Below are positions 62,403-64,000 of a stretch of 64,000 nt of DNA, in pieces. Position numbers and translations under genes: made by a program. Position 1 is the first letter of the stretch; every line of letters begins with the position of its first letter. This DNA comes from Podarcis tiliguerta (taxonomy: Eukaryota): NCBI GenBank assembly GCA_965153285.1, contig OZ229125.1. The stretch is one strand, 5' to 3'. The notes under the pieces are model-generated. The model was not told where the DNA came from. It searched no databases and saw only the letters and a list, made by a program, of their open reading frames with translations.

Positions 62403-62636
62403 CAGTGGTACCTCGGGTTACATACGCTTCAGGTTACATACGCTTCAGGTTACAGACTCCGCTAACCCAGAAATAGTGCTTCAGGTTAAGAACTTTGCTT
62501 CAGGATGAGAACAGAAATCGTGCTCTGGCGGTGCGGCGGCAGCGGGAGGCCCCATTAGCTAAAGTGGTGCTTCAGGTTAAGAACAGTTTCAGGTTAAGAA
62601 CGGACCTCCAGAAGTACTTAACCCGAGGTACCACTG
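62403..62636. mobile_element. Tigger/pogo-like MITE
   Basis: TA|CAGTGGTACCTCGGGTTA ... TAACCCGAGGTACCACTG|TA; reverse complement of 21343-21584. Confidence 0.88.
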
Positions 62637-63387
62637 TATTTGAAACCCTTTTAACAGCATATACTGTGTGTGGAAGAGTGACCTGGTTAATTTTGGGGGA
62701 GGAACCAAACAGCTCATTTGTAGGGCACATGCAATGACAACCCTGCCCTGTGGAACTCCCTGCCAGTAGAGGTTCAATAGGAACTGTCCCTGCCTTCTTT
62801 CACACGCCTTCTGAAAACTGCACTGTTTAGACAGGCCTTCACAATGTGATTTTTTCTTTAAATCAAGCAGTTAATCTCTTTGTTACAGTCAATTATCAGT
62901 GTTCAAAATAAATACTGTATATAAGTATCATGCTTAGCACTGGAGGAAGCAAATGCTATGTTTTTAAAAAATAAAATTTAAAGCCCACTAAAAATCTATA
63001 TAAAATAGGAATCCCATGCATTTCCGTTTTTTCATTCTATTAGGAACCCCTCAATACCTTCACAAACCTACAATTGGCAGTGCTCTGCATTTTGATCCAA
63101 GCTGCAAATAAACAGAGTCAGTTATAGGGTGCACAAATGCAAGCATAGATAGCCTTGGAAAAATAAGAACTGCCTACACCAGTGATCTTTTTCCACCTCG
63201 GAGTAATATGTACTAGATTTGTTGCCTAGTGTGGGATATCTTAAGTGGCAGCTGTTGAACCACACGGCAGCAGGTGACGTAATGCAAGCCAGGGGGAGTA
63301 GATGGCCAGACAGCACAGGGCGGGTCTGAACAGCACTCCCTCTTAATGGATCTAGCAGCATGCTTGCCATTCCACCACTTGCAAACC

Positions 63388-63728
63388 CAGTGGCGTAGCG
63401 TGGGTTGTCAGCACCCAGGGCAAGGCAAGTAATTTGCGCCCCCTAACCTGGGGCAAGGCAAGTAATTTGCGCCCCCCCCCCGCTGCACTGTCCCTCCCCC
63501 AGATAGTCCCTCTCTCTCTCTCCACACCGCACCGCACGCCTGGCACCCTCCCCTCCACAGTGGGCGGCGACCCGGTGGCTCGGATCGGATTCGCACAGCC
63601 AGCACTGCAGTGAGAGAGAGTGAGTGAGCCAGGTAGGGGCAGAGAGCTGCGAGTGTGAGCGTGCCCCCCCCCCAGATGTTGCGCCCGGTGCGGCCGGGCC
63701 CCCCTGCACCCCCCACGCTACGCCACTG
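63388..63728. mobile_element. Young GC-rich hAT MITE
   Basis: 17-bp TIRs CAGTGGCGTAGCGTGGG / CCCACGCTACGCCACTG; perfect 8-bp TSD tgcaaacc; internal duplication of gggcaaggcaagtaatttgcgcccc. Confidence 0.9.
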
Positions 63729-64000
63729 TGCAAACCTATAGACCTATATATTGGGAGGGTTCTCAGGTCAATCCTCAGCATTTCCCTTGCCTCTCTACTG
63801 CATCAGTTGGTGAGCCACAGCACAGACCCTCCAAGTGTCCCCATTTTCCAAGGATGCCCCTGATTTAGAGAAGCCGTCTCAGTTTCTGATTTGATGGACC
63901 AGTGGGCAAAAGGCAGCTTTCTCTGCTCCTGTGCATCTATGCTCCAGAAACACAGCTGCATTGACTGCCCTCCAGAGCACTCGGCTCTGCCTGTTCATAG

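Noticed and set aside
55329-64000. HIP1R exon 1 and promoter
   Set aside because: No sequence encoding the expected N-terminus was found; the only CpG-rich patch is a hAT MITE, so exon 1 lies beyond the window.

Overview
Eukaryotic genomic DNA from a squamate, most likely a lacertid lizard judging by its Sauria-type SINEs. It carries two convergent endocytic/ESCRT genes in the same tail-to-tail arrangement as in mammals. On the + strand are VPS37B coding exons 2-4 (4783-9122; exon 1 lies upstream of the window) with a probably long 3'UTR. On the - strand are HIP1R coding exons 2-32 (55328 down to 18243; 3096 nt, continuous frame; exon 1 lies beyond 64000). Exon numbers follow my recollection of the human genes. 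HIP1R intron 2 is a clear U12-type (minor spliceosome) intron. The introns are dense with transposon relics: RTE, L1, L2/CR1 and Penelope fragments, Sauria and tRNA-derived SINEs, and Tc1, Tc2-like, Tigger-like, hAT and Harbinger-like MITEs. Almost all other ORF-track entries are spurious. I found no convincing wholly new biological system. The most unusual features are: a Tc2-like MITE family carrying variable arrays of CpG-rich palindromes with co-varying arms; an L1 with an in-frame deletion of the RT core but intact TSDs; absence of the PTAP motif from VPS37B; and inverted repeat pairs bracketing HIP1R exon blocks.
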